From assembly GCA_046536675.1 (NCBI GenBank), contig JAWDMK010000001.1, positions 1 through 61,249 on the forward strand: DNA of 61,249 nucleotides, written 5' to 3'. The position numbers and the translations under genes were made by a program. The stretch comes from Candidatus Micrarchaeota archaeon. Lineage in GTDB: Archaea > Micrarchaeota > Micrarchaeia > Micrarchaeales > CABMGC01. Numbering within the stretch: the stretch's first letter is position 1; each line of letters opens with the position of its first letter. The notes beneath the pieces are model-generated. The model was given only the letters and a program-made list of their open reading frames with translations. It did not search any database and was not told the DNA's origin. This document shows positions 34,604-43,388 of the stretch, one piece after another.

Positions 34604-35995
34604 TCAGCCGAATTTCAAAAGCACAGAAGGGCCGCCCATCATTACAGGCACACCCTGCATAGGCTCACCTTTGCCACAATTTCCTGGATAAAGTTCAAAA
34701 TCATTTCCAAGCAGAGAAACCGCTTTCCAAAAATCAAAAGTGCTTGCATCGAGCTTGTAGTTCTTTATCGGCACGCTTGGCTCGCCATTTTTAATTAAGT
34801 AAGCCTCGTTTCCTTGGTATCTGGCAAAGCTTCTCGTATCATCTATGTTCCATTCTGTAAAACTCTTTATGTATATGCCGTTTTTTGCTTCGCTGAAAAG
34901 CTCTTCGATATTTGCATCTCCCTTTTCTAGGTATGTGTTAGACATCCTTATTATAGGTTCGTTTGAGTAAGAATCGCTTCTTGCTGATGCATTGCTCCTT
35001 TTTCCCGTAAGATATGCATACTCCCTGTTAAGAAGAAGCTCGTTTTGAATACCTTCTTTTACAAGAATCTTTGGCCTTGCCTTTACTCCTTCATCATCAT
35101 ACAAGAAAAAGCCGTATGAATTTTTTATTGTTGGATCATCAATTATATTTACCTTTTCGCTTCCTATTTTAGTACCCAAATTAGAACTGTTTAAGTAGCT
35201 TAATCCTGCTTGAGCTGCCTCTCTACCAAACACCCTATCTGCCTCGCTTGGATGTCCTATACTTTCATGCACAGCTATACCAACGATCTCAGGTGAGGCA
35301 ACTACATTCTTTATTTTTGAAAGCTCATAATTACTTAGGGATTTACCATTCTCAAGCACATTGTGCAACGCTTTTATTTCTTTCTCTAATTTGTGCTCTA
35401 GTTCGTCTATTTTTAAAAGTTCGTAACCGCCAGTCTTACCAAACTCTATTGTTCTTTGCCTGCTCTCCTTTCCTTTGCCTACTATTATACTAAAAAATCC
35501 GCTTACTCCGGGCAAGCTACTTCTTATCCTTGTACCCTCTGAATTTATCAAATATGTTTTAGACCTTCCTGTGCTCACATATAATGATCTAAAGCTCACA
35601 CCTTCCTTTTTTACAAAATTGTCAAGCTCTTCTAGATCCTTTGGCAAATTTGTATATGAATCCTCTATCTTTATTTTTTCGCTTACTTTATAATCCGCTT
35701 TCTCCACCTTCTCTTTAGAAAGGTATACCTTATTTCCATTGAAGGGCTTGAACCTAAAAGCATCTTCGATTGTTTTTTTATCGAGCTTGTTTGTAGAAAA
35801 AGTTAATAAACTGCCTTTACTTATAAGCCTTATTCTTATGCCAGAGCTCTTAAAGATCGCTAAGCCGCTCGGCTTTCCTTGCTCTATAGAGTAAGAAGCA
35901 CCTTCGCTAAGCTCTATGTATGCTTCTACAAAATCAAAGCCTTTCTTTAAACCGAGGGAGACTGCATAATCTGCAATCTCCTCATAGTTTTGCAT
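34604..35995 (-). CDS. tldD: TldD-family zinc metalloprotease
   Basis: 463 aa with the HESIGH (HExxxH) motif and a C-terminal GxC...GG signature. Confidence 0.85.
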   Translation of the reverse strand: MQNYEEIADYAVSLGLKKGFDFVEAYIELSEGASYSIEQGKPSGLAIFKSSGIRIRLISKGSLLTFSTNKLDKKTIEDAFRFKPFNGNKVYLSKEKVEKADYKVSEKIKIEDSYTNLPKDLEELDNFVKKEGVSFRSLYVSTGRSKTYLINSEGTRIRSSLPGVSGFFSIIVGKGKESRQRTIEFGKTGGYELLKIDELEHKLEKEIKALHNVLENGKSLSNYELSKIKNVVASPEIVGIAVHESIGHPSEADRVFGREAAQAGLSYLNSSNLGTKIGSEKVNIIDDPTIKNSYGFFLYDDEGVKARPKILVKEGIQNELLLNREYAYLTGKRSNASARSDSYSNEPIIRMSNTYLEKGDANIEELFSEAKNGIYIKSFTEWNIDDTRSFARYQGNEAYLIKNGEPSVPIKNYKLDASTFDFWKAVSLLGNDFELYPGNCGKGEPMQGVPVMMGGPSVLLKFG

Positions 35996-36000
35996 TATGG

Positions 36001-36300
36001 TCAGCCAAACAGGCTAGCCAGGCCGCCAGCTGCCTCTTCTTCACTCTTCTTTTCCTCTTTCTCTTCTTTCTTTTCCTCCTTCTTTGCTTCCTGCTGAGGA
36101 GCTGCCACTTGCATTGTCTGTACATTCTGTACGTTCTTAATCACTTCCTTTATATTCACACCTTTTAGCGATGCTACCACAGCCTTTGCCTTTGCTTCGT
36201 CTGGCTGAAACCCTGCGGCTTCAACTACCTTCATGATATCTTTCTCGTTTATCTCTTTTCCAGCTGCGTCAAGCAAAAGTGCAGCATATATGTATTCCAT
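36001..36300 (-). CDS. rpl12: 50S ribosomal stalk protein P1 (L12)
   Basis: [10 protein letters not shown] opening, a lysine/glutamate-rich hinge, and the C-terminal GLASLFG. Confidence 0.92.
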   Translation of the reverse strand: MEYIYAALLLDAAGKEINEKDIMKVVEAAGFQPDEAKAKAVVASLKGVNIKEVIKNVQNVQTMQVAAPQQEAKKEEKKEEKEEKKSEEEAAGGLASLFG

Positions 36301-36321
36301 CTTTTTTCACCTCATAAAATA

Positions 36322-37170
36322 TTATTCAATATTAGCGCTCAATTTGATATTTAGAGCTTCTGCAACAGCTTTTGCAAGAAGCTTCTCTACAATCTCAGGT
36401 TCGTATATATTTGCAGTCAAGCCTAAGCCTAATGCTGAAAGATATGCCTTTCTTATCAATGCTTCTACATTGTATTCGGTTACATAGCCTGCTTCTATAG
36501 TTAGGTTATATGCTCTCTTGAATGCTACAGCTATATCATTCACCACACTTTCCCTTGTTATGCTGAATACCTCTTTTGTGAATAATATATTATTGTAAAC
36601 AGCCCCTGCAAGCTCTGGCGCAACTTCGAATGGCAATATGTCAAGCATTCTTAACGCCTTTGAAACCGCAAGTGTTATCTTTCCACCCTTTGGCACAAGG
36701 ACTTTGCTCTTTGCTATTATCACTTTACCTTTTTGTATCTGCACGTCTATGCCTGCTGCCTTGAGATCTGTTACCCCTTGACCTGGAGGTATACTTGTCT
36801 CTCCCGCTTCTATCACTATATCGCTTGGTGCAATCTGGTTTGGCTTTGCGGCAAGTTTTAGTTTGTTTGACTTCAACTCATTATAAAGCTCTACGGGATC
36901 CTTATTAGACAAGACAAGCACACTGTTCTTGTCGATAAATTGAGAAAGCTTTGAAAGATTTGGATCGGATTCAATTGTTCTAAGTAGAAGATTCTTTCTT
37001 GCAAATACAATTTTTGTATCATTTCTTAAAGAATTCCTCACCTTTTGCAAAAGCCTATCTGGTATTGCATTTATGGGCATAACTCCTACAGTCTTGTAAT
37101 GCTTAACCTCTTCTCTTAGCTTGTTTACAAGCTCTATCTTATCTTTTTTTAGCATAGGCATAAAGATCAC
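36322..37170 (-). CDS. rpl10: 50S ribosomal protein P0 (L10)
   Basis: 282 aa lying between L1 and P1 in the conserved L1-L10-L12 order. Confidence 0.88.
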   Translation of the reverse strand: MIFMPMLKKDKIELVNKLREEVKHYKTVGVMPINAIPDRLLQKVRNSLRNDTKIVFARKNLLLRTIESDPNLSKLSQFIDKNSVLVLSNKDPVELYNELKSNKLKLAAKPNQIAPSDIVIEAGETSIPPGQGVTDLKAAGIDVQIQKGKVIIAKSKVLVPKGGKITLAVSKALRMLDILPFEVAPELAGAVYNNILFTKEVFSITRESVVNDIAVAFKRAYNLTIEAGYVTEYNVEALIRKAYLSALGLGLTANIYEPEIVEKLLAKAVAEALNIKLSANIE

Positions 37171-37805
37171 TACAACAGCTTGAGAGGCTTGCTCATGCTT
37201 AACTTGACAAATATTGATTTAATATGCGTTTGTCCGACCTTCTTTGAAATATTGTTTATTACCTCTTTTATGTTTTCAAATATCTCCTCAGGTTTCATAT
37301 CCTCGCTACCAACAACTGTGTGAACAGTAGGCAAGAACTTACCTTTGCTTTTTATTACTACCCTTTTTGATATGTTTGAAACAAACTTTTCAAGATCGCT
37401 TGGATTAAATAAAGGCTTTGGCATTTTATTTCTAGGCCCTAAGAACTGACCAAGCTTCTTAGCTATCTCAGGCATGAGGTTTGGCTGAGCAAGAAGCTCG
37501 TAGTTAAGCAAAGAGTTAAGCTTTTCCTTATCGTTTGCTATTGAATCTATCTTTGTTCCATCTATTACCTCAACACCTAGCTGCTGGGCTTTTGAGATAA
37601 GATTTCTATCAGTTGCGAAGATCGCAGCCTTTCCAACCTTGCCCTTGCTGTAAGGCAGTATTATTTCCATGTTGAGCCTGTTATCCTGCTTTGAGAAATC
37701 TATACCTTTAAAATTTATTGCAAGCTCTACACTCTGCTTAAACTTTCTCTTACCTTTCTCCTCAGCTAGGAACTTTGAGAACTGATCAAATTTATCTTCT
37801 AGCAT
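37170..37805 (-). CDS. rpl1: 50S ribosomal protein L1
   Basis: 211 aa. KRKFKQSVELAINFKGIDF and GPRNKMP motifs, with a GGAGGG Shine-Dalgarno site 5-6 nt upstream of the ATG. Confidence 0.9.
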   Translation of the reverse strand: MLEDKFDQFSKFLAEEKGKRKFKQSVELAINFKGIDFSKQDNRLNMEIILPYSKGKVGKAAIFATDRNLISKAQQLGVEVIDGTKIDSIANDKEKLNSLLNYELLAQPNLMPEIAKKLGQFLGPRNKMPKPLFNPSDLEKFVSNISKRVVIKSKGKFLPTVHTVVGSEDMKPEEIFENIKEVINNISKKVGQTHIKSIFVKLSMSKPLKLL

Positions 37806-37875
37806 AAAATCCCTCCTGCAAAACTGCAGTGCTTGCGGGAAAACAAGCCTGAGCTTTAAGATATTATGAAGACAA

Positions 37876-37886
37876 ATATATAAAAA
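37876..37886 (-). promoter_or_regulatory. TATA-like box of the L1-L10-L12 operon
   Basis: The minus strand reads TTTTTATATAT about 70-80 nt upstream of the L1 ATG. This implies a leader of about 45 nt containing two hairpins. Confidence 0.3.
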
Positions 37887-38096
37887 CTTATCTTACTCCC
37901 TAGCCTTTGATTAGAGTCGATTTATAGATTTTAAGCTATAAAAGAATTTACAGCTCGTAATAAGAATAAACGCCTCTTCACCCTTTAGTAAATATTTTAT
38001 GCAAGAGAATATAAATACATAGTTATAGCAATTTTTACAGGTATTTAAGGATTTAACCTATTAATTTGGATATTATATTATATTTTGGGAATTATT

Positions 38097-39113
38097 ATGC
38101 CTGCATCTCTTGAAAAGCAAGCATATGTAAAGAATGAACTTCCCTACGAGCTGCTAAAGGCTCTTTACAACAACTCTAGATTATCGCTCAGGGAGCTTGC
38201 TGCACAGCATGGTGTATCGCACCATGTGGTAAGCTATATGCTAAAGAGACTGGAAAGGGATTATGGCATAGTATATACGCTAGAGCTTGACGAGAACAAA
38301 TTAGGCTTTGCAAATGGAAGGATTGTTACAATAAAATTCAAGAATAAGCCAGATATAGAGATAATAAAGGAAAAGCTCATAAACGATCCTTTTGTACAAG
38401 ACCTTTACCTAGCAGATGGCGACTTTGACCTTATTATGTATGTATCGGGCATAACAGAAGAGGAATTCAAGGTGTGGCAGTGGCATTTTAGAGAGTATTT
38501 CAACAAATATATACCTCTCCTTAGGACTTCAACATTGACTACAAAATATGCAGGCTTTATGCCGCTTAGAAACAAGGCAATAATGAATTCACCAAACCTA
38601 TCTGAATTTGAGAAAAAAGTACTTGCTATTCTTAATGAAAATTCAAGAGAGAAGATATCAGAGATAGCGAAGAAGGTTAAGGTGAAAGATTTAGACAAGG
38701 TTATCTATGTTATCAAAAAGCTAAAGGAAAGAGGTATAATAAAGAGGTTTACGGCAATAACGACCAAGCCCGGCAAGAGTATTGTACAGGCCTTTGGTGC
38801 TACAATAAACCCAAGTAATAACCACAGCAATTATGTAATAAATTTTTATAACGAAGTAGTCAAAGAAGAAAAACACCAATTAACAAGTGATTATGTTTTA
38901 ATTACAGATACAATTGGTTATTTTGATATTTTTTATATTGCGAACTTCAACCGAGGCGAAGACGCAGAAAAGAGGGGTGCAGAGATGTATAAAAAGATCT
39001 TTGCTGATGAATTGCTTGTAATAGAAAAAGCAATAATAACAGATATTTTAGCAGGCTATCTACCCCAACACATAGATACCTTTGAAGAATGGAAAAAGAG
39101 TATGCAGCTATAG
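38097..39113 (+). CDS. Lrp/AsnC-type transcription regulator with two complete HTH-plus-RAM modules in one chain
   Basis: Module 1: ELLKALYNNSRLSLRELAAQHGVSHHVVSYMLKRLE ... GDFDLIMYV. Module 2: EKKVLAILNENSREKISEIAKKV...VIKKLKERGII ... IGYFDIFYI. The first ATG is 38097; the track uses TTG 38085. Confidence 0.6.
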   Translation: MPASLEKQAYVKNELPYELLKALYNNSRLSLRELAAQHGVSHHVVSYMLKRLERDYGIVYTLELDENKLGFANGRIVTIKFKNKPDIEIIKEKLINDPFVQDLYLADGDFDLIMYVSGITEEEFKVWQWHFREYFNKYIPLLRTSTLTTKYAGFMPLRNKAIMNSPNLSEFEKKVLAILNENSREKISEIAKKVKVKDLDKVIYVIKKLKERGIIKRFTAITTKPGKSIVQAFGATINPSNNHSNYVINFYNEVVKEEKHQLTSDYVLITDTIGYFDIFYIANFNRGEDAEKRGAEMYKKIFADELLVIEKAIITDILAGYLPQHIDTFEEWKKSMQL

Positions 39114-39272
39114 TAAATAAGAAACTGTTTCGAGCATCTTACTTTTTATTTCAGTGTGATAGTCATCACGTATTGATGCGGTACTTCTTGTAATTTTTAT
39201 GCGTGGGCAACTTCCACCATTATGCGTAGTAAGAACAATTATTTTTGAATTCTTTGCATTATAGATTTTCAT
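39108..39272 (-). CDS. Small protein (54 aa), paralog B of a tandem pair, unknown family
   Basis: My own translation gives MKIYNAKNSKIIVLTTHNGGSCPRIKITRSTASIRDDYHTEIKSKMLETVSYLL. GGTGATAAT lies directly upstream of the ATG. It falls below the 60-aa cut-off of the ORF track. Confidence 0.5.
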   Translation of the reverse strand: MKIYNAKNSKIIVLTTHNGGSCPRIKITRSTASIRDDYHTEIKSKMLETVSYLL

Positions 39273-39281
39273 ATTATCACC

Positions 39282-39443
39282 TCAAAACAAATATGAAGCT
39301 AGTTTAAGCATTCTGCCTTTTACTTCACCATGGTAATCGTCGCGTAATAAAGCCGAACCTCCGGTGAATTTTATGCGTGGGCAGCTAGCACCATTAGCAG
39401 AAAGAACGATTATTTTTGAATTTTTGGCATTATAAATCTTCAT
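39282..39443 (-). CDS. Small protein (53 aa), paralog A of a tandem pair, unknown family
   Basis: MKIYNAKNSKIIVLSANGASCPRIKFTGGSALLRDDYHGEVKGRMLKLASYLF, read from the internal ATG at 39443, which is preceded by GGTGATGCT. The track's longer ORF (to 39476, TTG start) would include that Shine-Dalgarno site. Confidence 0.5.
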   Translation of the reverse strand: MKIYNAKNSKIIVLSANGASCPRIKFTGGSALLRDDYHGEVKGRMLKLASYLF

Positions 39444-39538
39444 AGCATCACCTTTTGTAATTTGTATGATTTCCAAAAACTTAAAAAGGTTTAGATTTTT
39501 TGCAAGTAAAAAGGTAAAAGCTAGATTCTAAATTGCAA

Positions 39539-40849
39539 TTAGACAATGTATTCTTCACCAAGCTTTGGAACATGTGCTTCATATCTGTTTGAAAGGTACC
39601 TGGCAAACTCCTCACTCTTCTTCTCTTCGCCATGAATAACGAAGACCTTCTTTAAGCCTTCTAAATCACTTACAAGCTTTTGGAGTTGTGGCCTATCAGC
39701 ATGAGCAGAAAGGTGGTAAAGCTCTACAGCCATTTTAATGCTTACCTTTCTTCCATTTATCTCAAGCTCCTTCGCACCATCCGCAAGCTTTCTTCCTGGC
39801 GTGCCCTCTGCTTGGTAGCCGACAAGGATAAGCTTGTTTAACTCGTTGCCCGCTAGCTTTTCTACATACTTCATTACAGGCCCACCTGTCATCATACCGC
39901 TAGTGGTAACTATAATTCCTGCTTCATCCTCGTGTATAGCTCTACTTCTACTGCCCTTTGTATCGATTATGCGGAAGTTTTTGCTCTTGAAAGGATCATC
40001 CTCGCTCATCAAGATTCTTTTTTGGAGCTCTTCCCTGCAGTAAATTACATTGTGCCTATGTATACGCATTGCCTTGTTGATCATACCATCTACATATATA
40101 GGAACCTTCGGCAAAAGGCCAGATCTTATGTAATCATCAAGTACGAAAAGAACCTCCTCTGCTCTGCCAACGGCGAAGCTTGGTATTATTATCTTCCCGC
40201 CTTTCTGTATTGTTTCTTTTATGCTCTTTAACATATTGCCAAGCTGCTCCCTCTCCGATGGGAATATATCATTATCGCCACCATATGTGCTCTCTGTTAG
40301 CAAAATATCAGCATGCAAATGCTCAACATGCGCTGCATCAAGAAGCCTTGTCTTCCTCAGGTTTATATCCCCAGTATACAGAAGCTTTTTGCCTTCTCCA
40401 CTTACCTCTATGAGCCCACTTCCTAAGATATGGCCTGCTGGGATAATTCTTAGCTTTAAATCGTTTATATGAAACTCTTTATGGTATTCTACAAGCTTAA
40501 AACCTCTCTGCATTCTTGCTAAACCTTCTTTTGTTATGTTGCTTGGGTTAGATATTCTTAGATAATCGCTTATAAGAACATTAGAAAGCTCGAATGTTGG
40601 TTTAGTAGCATATACAAAACCTTTCCAACCGGTTGAGAATACATGTGGCAGGTAACCGACGTGATCAAGATGTGCATGTGTTACTATTATTGCGTTAACA
40701 TCATTTAATTCATCATCTTTTATTATAGGGTATTCTTCCTTCTCGCCGAGCTTAACACCACAATCAAGAAGGATTTTTGTATTTGAGCTTTCTACAAGTA
40801 TGCAGCTGCGCCCGACCTCGCGCGCAGCGCCAAAAAATTTGATTTTCAA
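39539..40849 (-). CDS. aCPSF2-type beta-CASP metallo-beta-lactamase ribonuclease (no KH domains)
   Basis: 436 aa. MKIKFFGAAREVGRSC, HAHLDH, a beta-CASP region, and a terminal HGE motif. Confidence 0.85.
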   Translation of the reverse strand: MKIKFFGAAREVGRSCILVESSNTKILLDCGVKLGEKEEYPIIKDDELNDVNAIIVTHAHLDHVGYLPHVFSTGWKGFVYATKPTFELSNVLISDYLRISNPSNITKEGLARMQRGFKLVEYHKEFHINDLKLRIIPAGHILGSGLIEVSGEGKKLLYTGDINLRKTRLLDAAHVEHLHADILLTESTYGGDNDIFPSEREQLGNMLKSIKETIQKGGKIIIPSFAVGRAEEVLFVLDDYIRSGLLPKVPIYVDGMINKAMRIHRHNVIYCREELQKRILMSEDDPFKSKNFRIIDTKGSRSRAIHEDEAGIIVTTSGMMTGGPVMKYVEKLAGNELNKLILVGYQAEGTPGRKLADGAKELEINGRKVSIKMAVELYHLSAHADRPQLQKLVSDLEGLKKVFVIHGEEKKSEEFARYLSNRYEAHVPKLGEEYIV

Positions 40850-40859
40850 AAAAACACCT

Positions 40860-41525
40860 TTAATTACTTTCTATATCCTCAGTCTCATCAGCATCAGCAT
40901 TAGACTTACCGTTCTTGTTTGTTTTATCTTTTATTATTGCAATATCTGCCAAACTGATCTCCTGCTGTTTAGGAGGATTTCTTCTTTCCTTTGGCCTTTG
41001 CTTCTTCTTGCCAAGGAGGGTTCTTAAATTATCATACAACTCATCAAGCTTCTTCTCTGATTCCTTAACGAGCTTTTCCTTCTCTTCTATTTCTTTATTA
41101 AGCTGTTCTATATCTGAGCTAAGAAGCTCTGCACGCCTTTTTAACCTTTTGCTCTTTATAGCTTTATCGAGCTCCTCATTCACTTCGTTTATGCGCCTTA
41201 TTAGCTCCTTCTCAGCCTCAAGGGTGGAAGCCTCTGTAGATATCTTAAACTCGAGCTTTTCTTTTAGTCTAAGCAGATAGCCTATCTTCTTTTCTTCCTT
41301 ATTATTCTCAAGCAGCTTTAGTATTGCGGACTGTTCAGCCTTCTTAAAACCGATTTTCTTCCTAAGCTTCTTTAGCTCGTCTATTATGCCGAACCTTTTC
41401 TTCTTCTCTTCCTCTATACTCTTTTTAAGCTCTTCTATTCTAGGATCTTTTGGTTCTTCTTTCCTTACATTCTCGACACTACCTACGTTTGGCTGAGCTG
41501 TATCTTCATGCTGGGCTGTGTTCAA
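40860..41525 (-). CDS. Archaeal coiled-coil protein (COG1340-like)
   Basis: 221 aa, almost entirely heptad-like K/E/L-rich sequence. Confidence 0.5.
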   Translation of the reverse strand: MNTAQHEDTAQPNVGSVENVRKEEPKDPRIEELKKSIEEEKKKRFGIIDELKKLRKKIGFKKAEQSAILKLLENNKEEKKIGYLLRLKEKLEFKISTEASTLEAEKELIRRINEVNEELDKAIKSKRLKRRAELLSSDIEQLNKEIEEKEKLVKESEKKLDELYDNLRTLLGKKKQRPKERRNPPKQQEISLADIAIIKDKTNKNGKSNADADETEDIESN

Positions 41526-41566
41526 TTTATTCGCCTCTCCGTTACTAGTATTAACTTCATCACTTT

Positions 41567-42733
41567 TCAGTAAATCGCCTTTTCTAACAGTTTATTATAA
41601 ACATCCAATAACTTATCTGTTGCATTAGGTATAGAAAACTCTTTCGCCAGAGCAACAGTATTTCTCTTATATGCTTCAGAATTATTTAAAACCTTTTCTA
41701 TTTTTCTTGCGCATGCTTGGTAATCATTTGGTTTGAATTTTTCTCCTGTTTTACCATTCTTAATTATCTCCTTCAATGCAAGGAAGTTTGCACCAATAAC
41801 AGGTTTTCCGCAGGCCATCGCTTCTATAGCTACAACCCCTTGTGTCTCAAATGTAGAGGGCATGCAAAGCATATCAGAAGCAGCATAATAGCTTGGCAGC
41901 TCTTGATCAGGCACAAAACCCGCAAATTTTACATTATCTGCAATTCCTAGCCTTAGAGCAAGCATTTTGTAATGATCCATCGCAGGACCATGCCCAACAA
42001 TAAGATATGATATATCGTTTCTCTTTTTTGTGAGAAGTTTTGCCGCCTTAAGCATAACCTCTATCCTCTTCTCCTTACTTATTCTTCCCACATAAAGAAC
42101 AACATGCTCCTTAAGGTTATGTTTCTTCTTTATAGGCTCGCCCTCTACCTTTGTGTTGAATTTAGTTATGTCGACTCCGTTAGGCACGACAACTACGTTT
42201 GGTATCTTGTTTCTTTCCAATATTTCTTTTACTGTGTTTGAAGGGGCTGTTGTAACATCGCATCTTCTATAAAAGAATTTTGTATACTTCCACAAGTACT
42301 TGCCTGTAAATTTCTTGAGAAGCTTGTTTTTAGGATAGTACTCGTCAAGAATCTTTTTATTGTTTATAAATGTGTGGAAAGAACCAACTATAGGCAGCTT
42401 CATCACTCTCGCTATTGTGAGAGCTGTGAAACCCATAAAGAATGGTGTTTGGGCATGCATTATATCTATCTTCTCCTTTTGTAGCTTTAATACAGTATGA
42501 TACGGGAAGAAGGCTAGTTTATATTGAGGATATGGTTTGAAGCTTATTCCAGAGACTATGTGCACATGGCTATTTGAATATATTTTTTTAGATTTAGCAT
42601 CACCACTTGCAAAAATATACACATCATGCCCTCTCCTCTCAAGCTCTTTCTTAAAGCCAAGCATAGATGTTACCACGCCGTCGACAGCAGGCAGGTATGT
42701 ATCAGTATAGAACGCGATCTTAAGCTTATCCAT
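41567..42733 (-). CDS. GT4-family glycosyltransferase
   Basis: 388 aa. N-terminal YLPAVDGV, and a C-terminal GT-B domain with PSTFETQGVVAIEAMACGKPVI (E-x7-E region). Confidence 0.85.
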   Translation of the reverse strand: MDKLKIAFYTDTYLPAVDGVVTSMLGFKKELERRGHDVYIFASGDAKSKKIYSNSHVHIVSGISFKPYPQYKLAFFPYHTVLKLQKEKIDIMHAQTPFFMGFTALTIARVMKLPIVGSFHTFINNKKILDEYYPKNKLLKKFTGKYLWKYTKFFYRRCDVTTAPSNTVKEILERNKIPNVVVVPNGVDITKFNTKVEGEPIKKKHNLKEHVVLYVGRISKEKRIEVMLKAAKLLTKKRNDISYLIVGHGPAMDHYKMLALRLGIADNVKFAGFVPDQELPSYYAASDMLCMPSTFETQGVVAIEAMACGKPVIGANFLALKEIIKNGKTGEKFKPNDYQACARKIEKVLNNSEAYKRNTVALAKEFSIPNATDKLLDVYNKLLEKAIY

Positions 42734-42882
42734 AGAACCAGTTCCTTCCTTTATTCCTATTTATCTACTAATTTTAAATAATTTAGCCTCTCATCCCCTA
42801 TCTCACGAAAAGGGGACTTCCCCAAGCAGAATTAAAATCGAAAGTGTTTTTATAATTTATATCACATATAATATTGATTTAG

Positions 42883-43383
42883 ATGATAAAATATTGGGAG
42901 TTTGAAGATGCACCTCTAAAGGAAAAGCTAAAGAACCCTAATGTTAGGGAGCTTGCCAAGATATATTTTGAAAATGAGACAAAGGCATATAGGTTTGCTA
43001 AAGCGCTTATTGAAGTAAAGAAGCACGGCGAGCTCAGGCTTAAGGATTGCGGCAAAGAATTACCACTTGCTACATGGAAGCGATATCTTGACTTTGGTGT
43101 TAATGTTGGTATATTGAAGCATGAGAACAATGCTTATTCATTTACAGACAGGTATTCAAAGCCATTGAGGAACATTGCTACTTATATAAAATCATGGATT
43201 GATTCGCAGAATATAGAAGATGTTGACACACTTTTTGCAAACGCCAAAACAGAGAAGCAGAAAAAGAGAGGTGGTAAGAAAGCCTTAGAGAATGAGAACA
43301 TGCAGGAAGAAAGCACATCAGGCGATTCAGACGATGAGCAAGACACAAATGCATCAACTTATGAGAATAAGACAGAGCAATAG
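42883..43383 (+). CDS. Hypothetical protein, possible wHTH with an acidic Ser/Asp-rich tail
   Basis: 166 aa with no catalytic motif. The GVNVGILKHENNAYSFTDRY segment resembles a winged-helix wing. Confidence 0.4.
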   Translation: MIKYWEFEDAPLKEKLKNPNVRELAKIYFENETKAYRFAKALIEVKKHGELRLKDCGKELPLATWKRYLDFGVNVGILKHENNAYSFTDRYSKPLRNIATYIKSWIDSQNIEDVDTLFANAKTEKQKKRGGKKALENENMQEESTSGDSDDEQDTNASTYENKTEQ

Positions 43384-43388
43384 CATAG

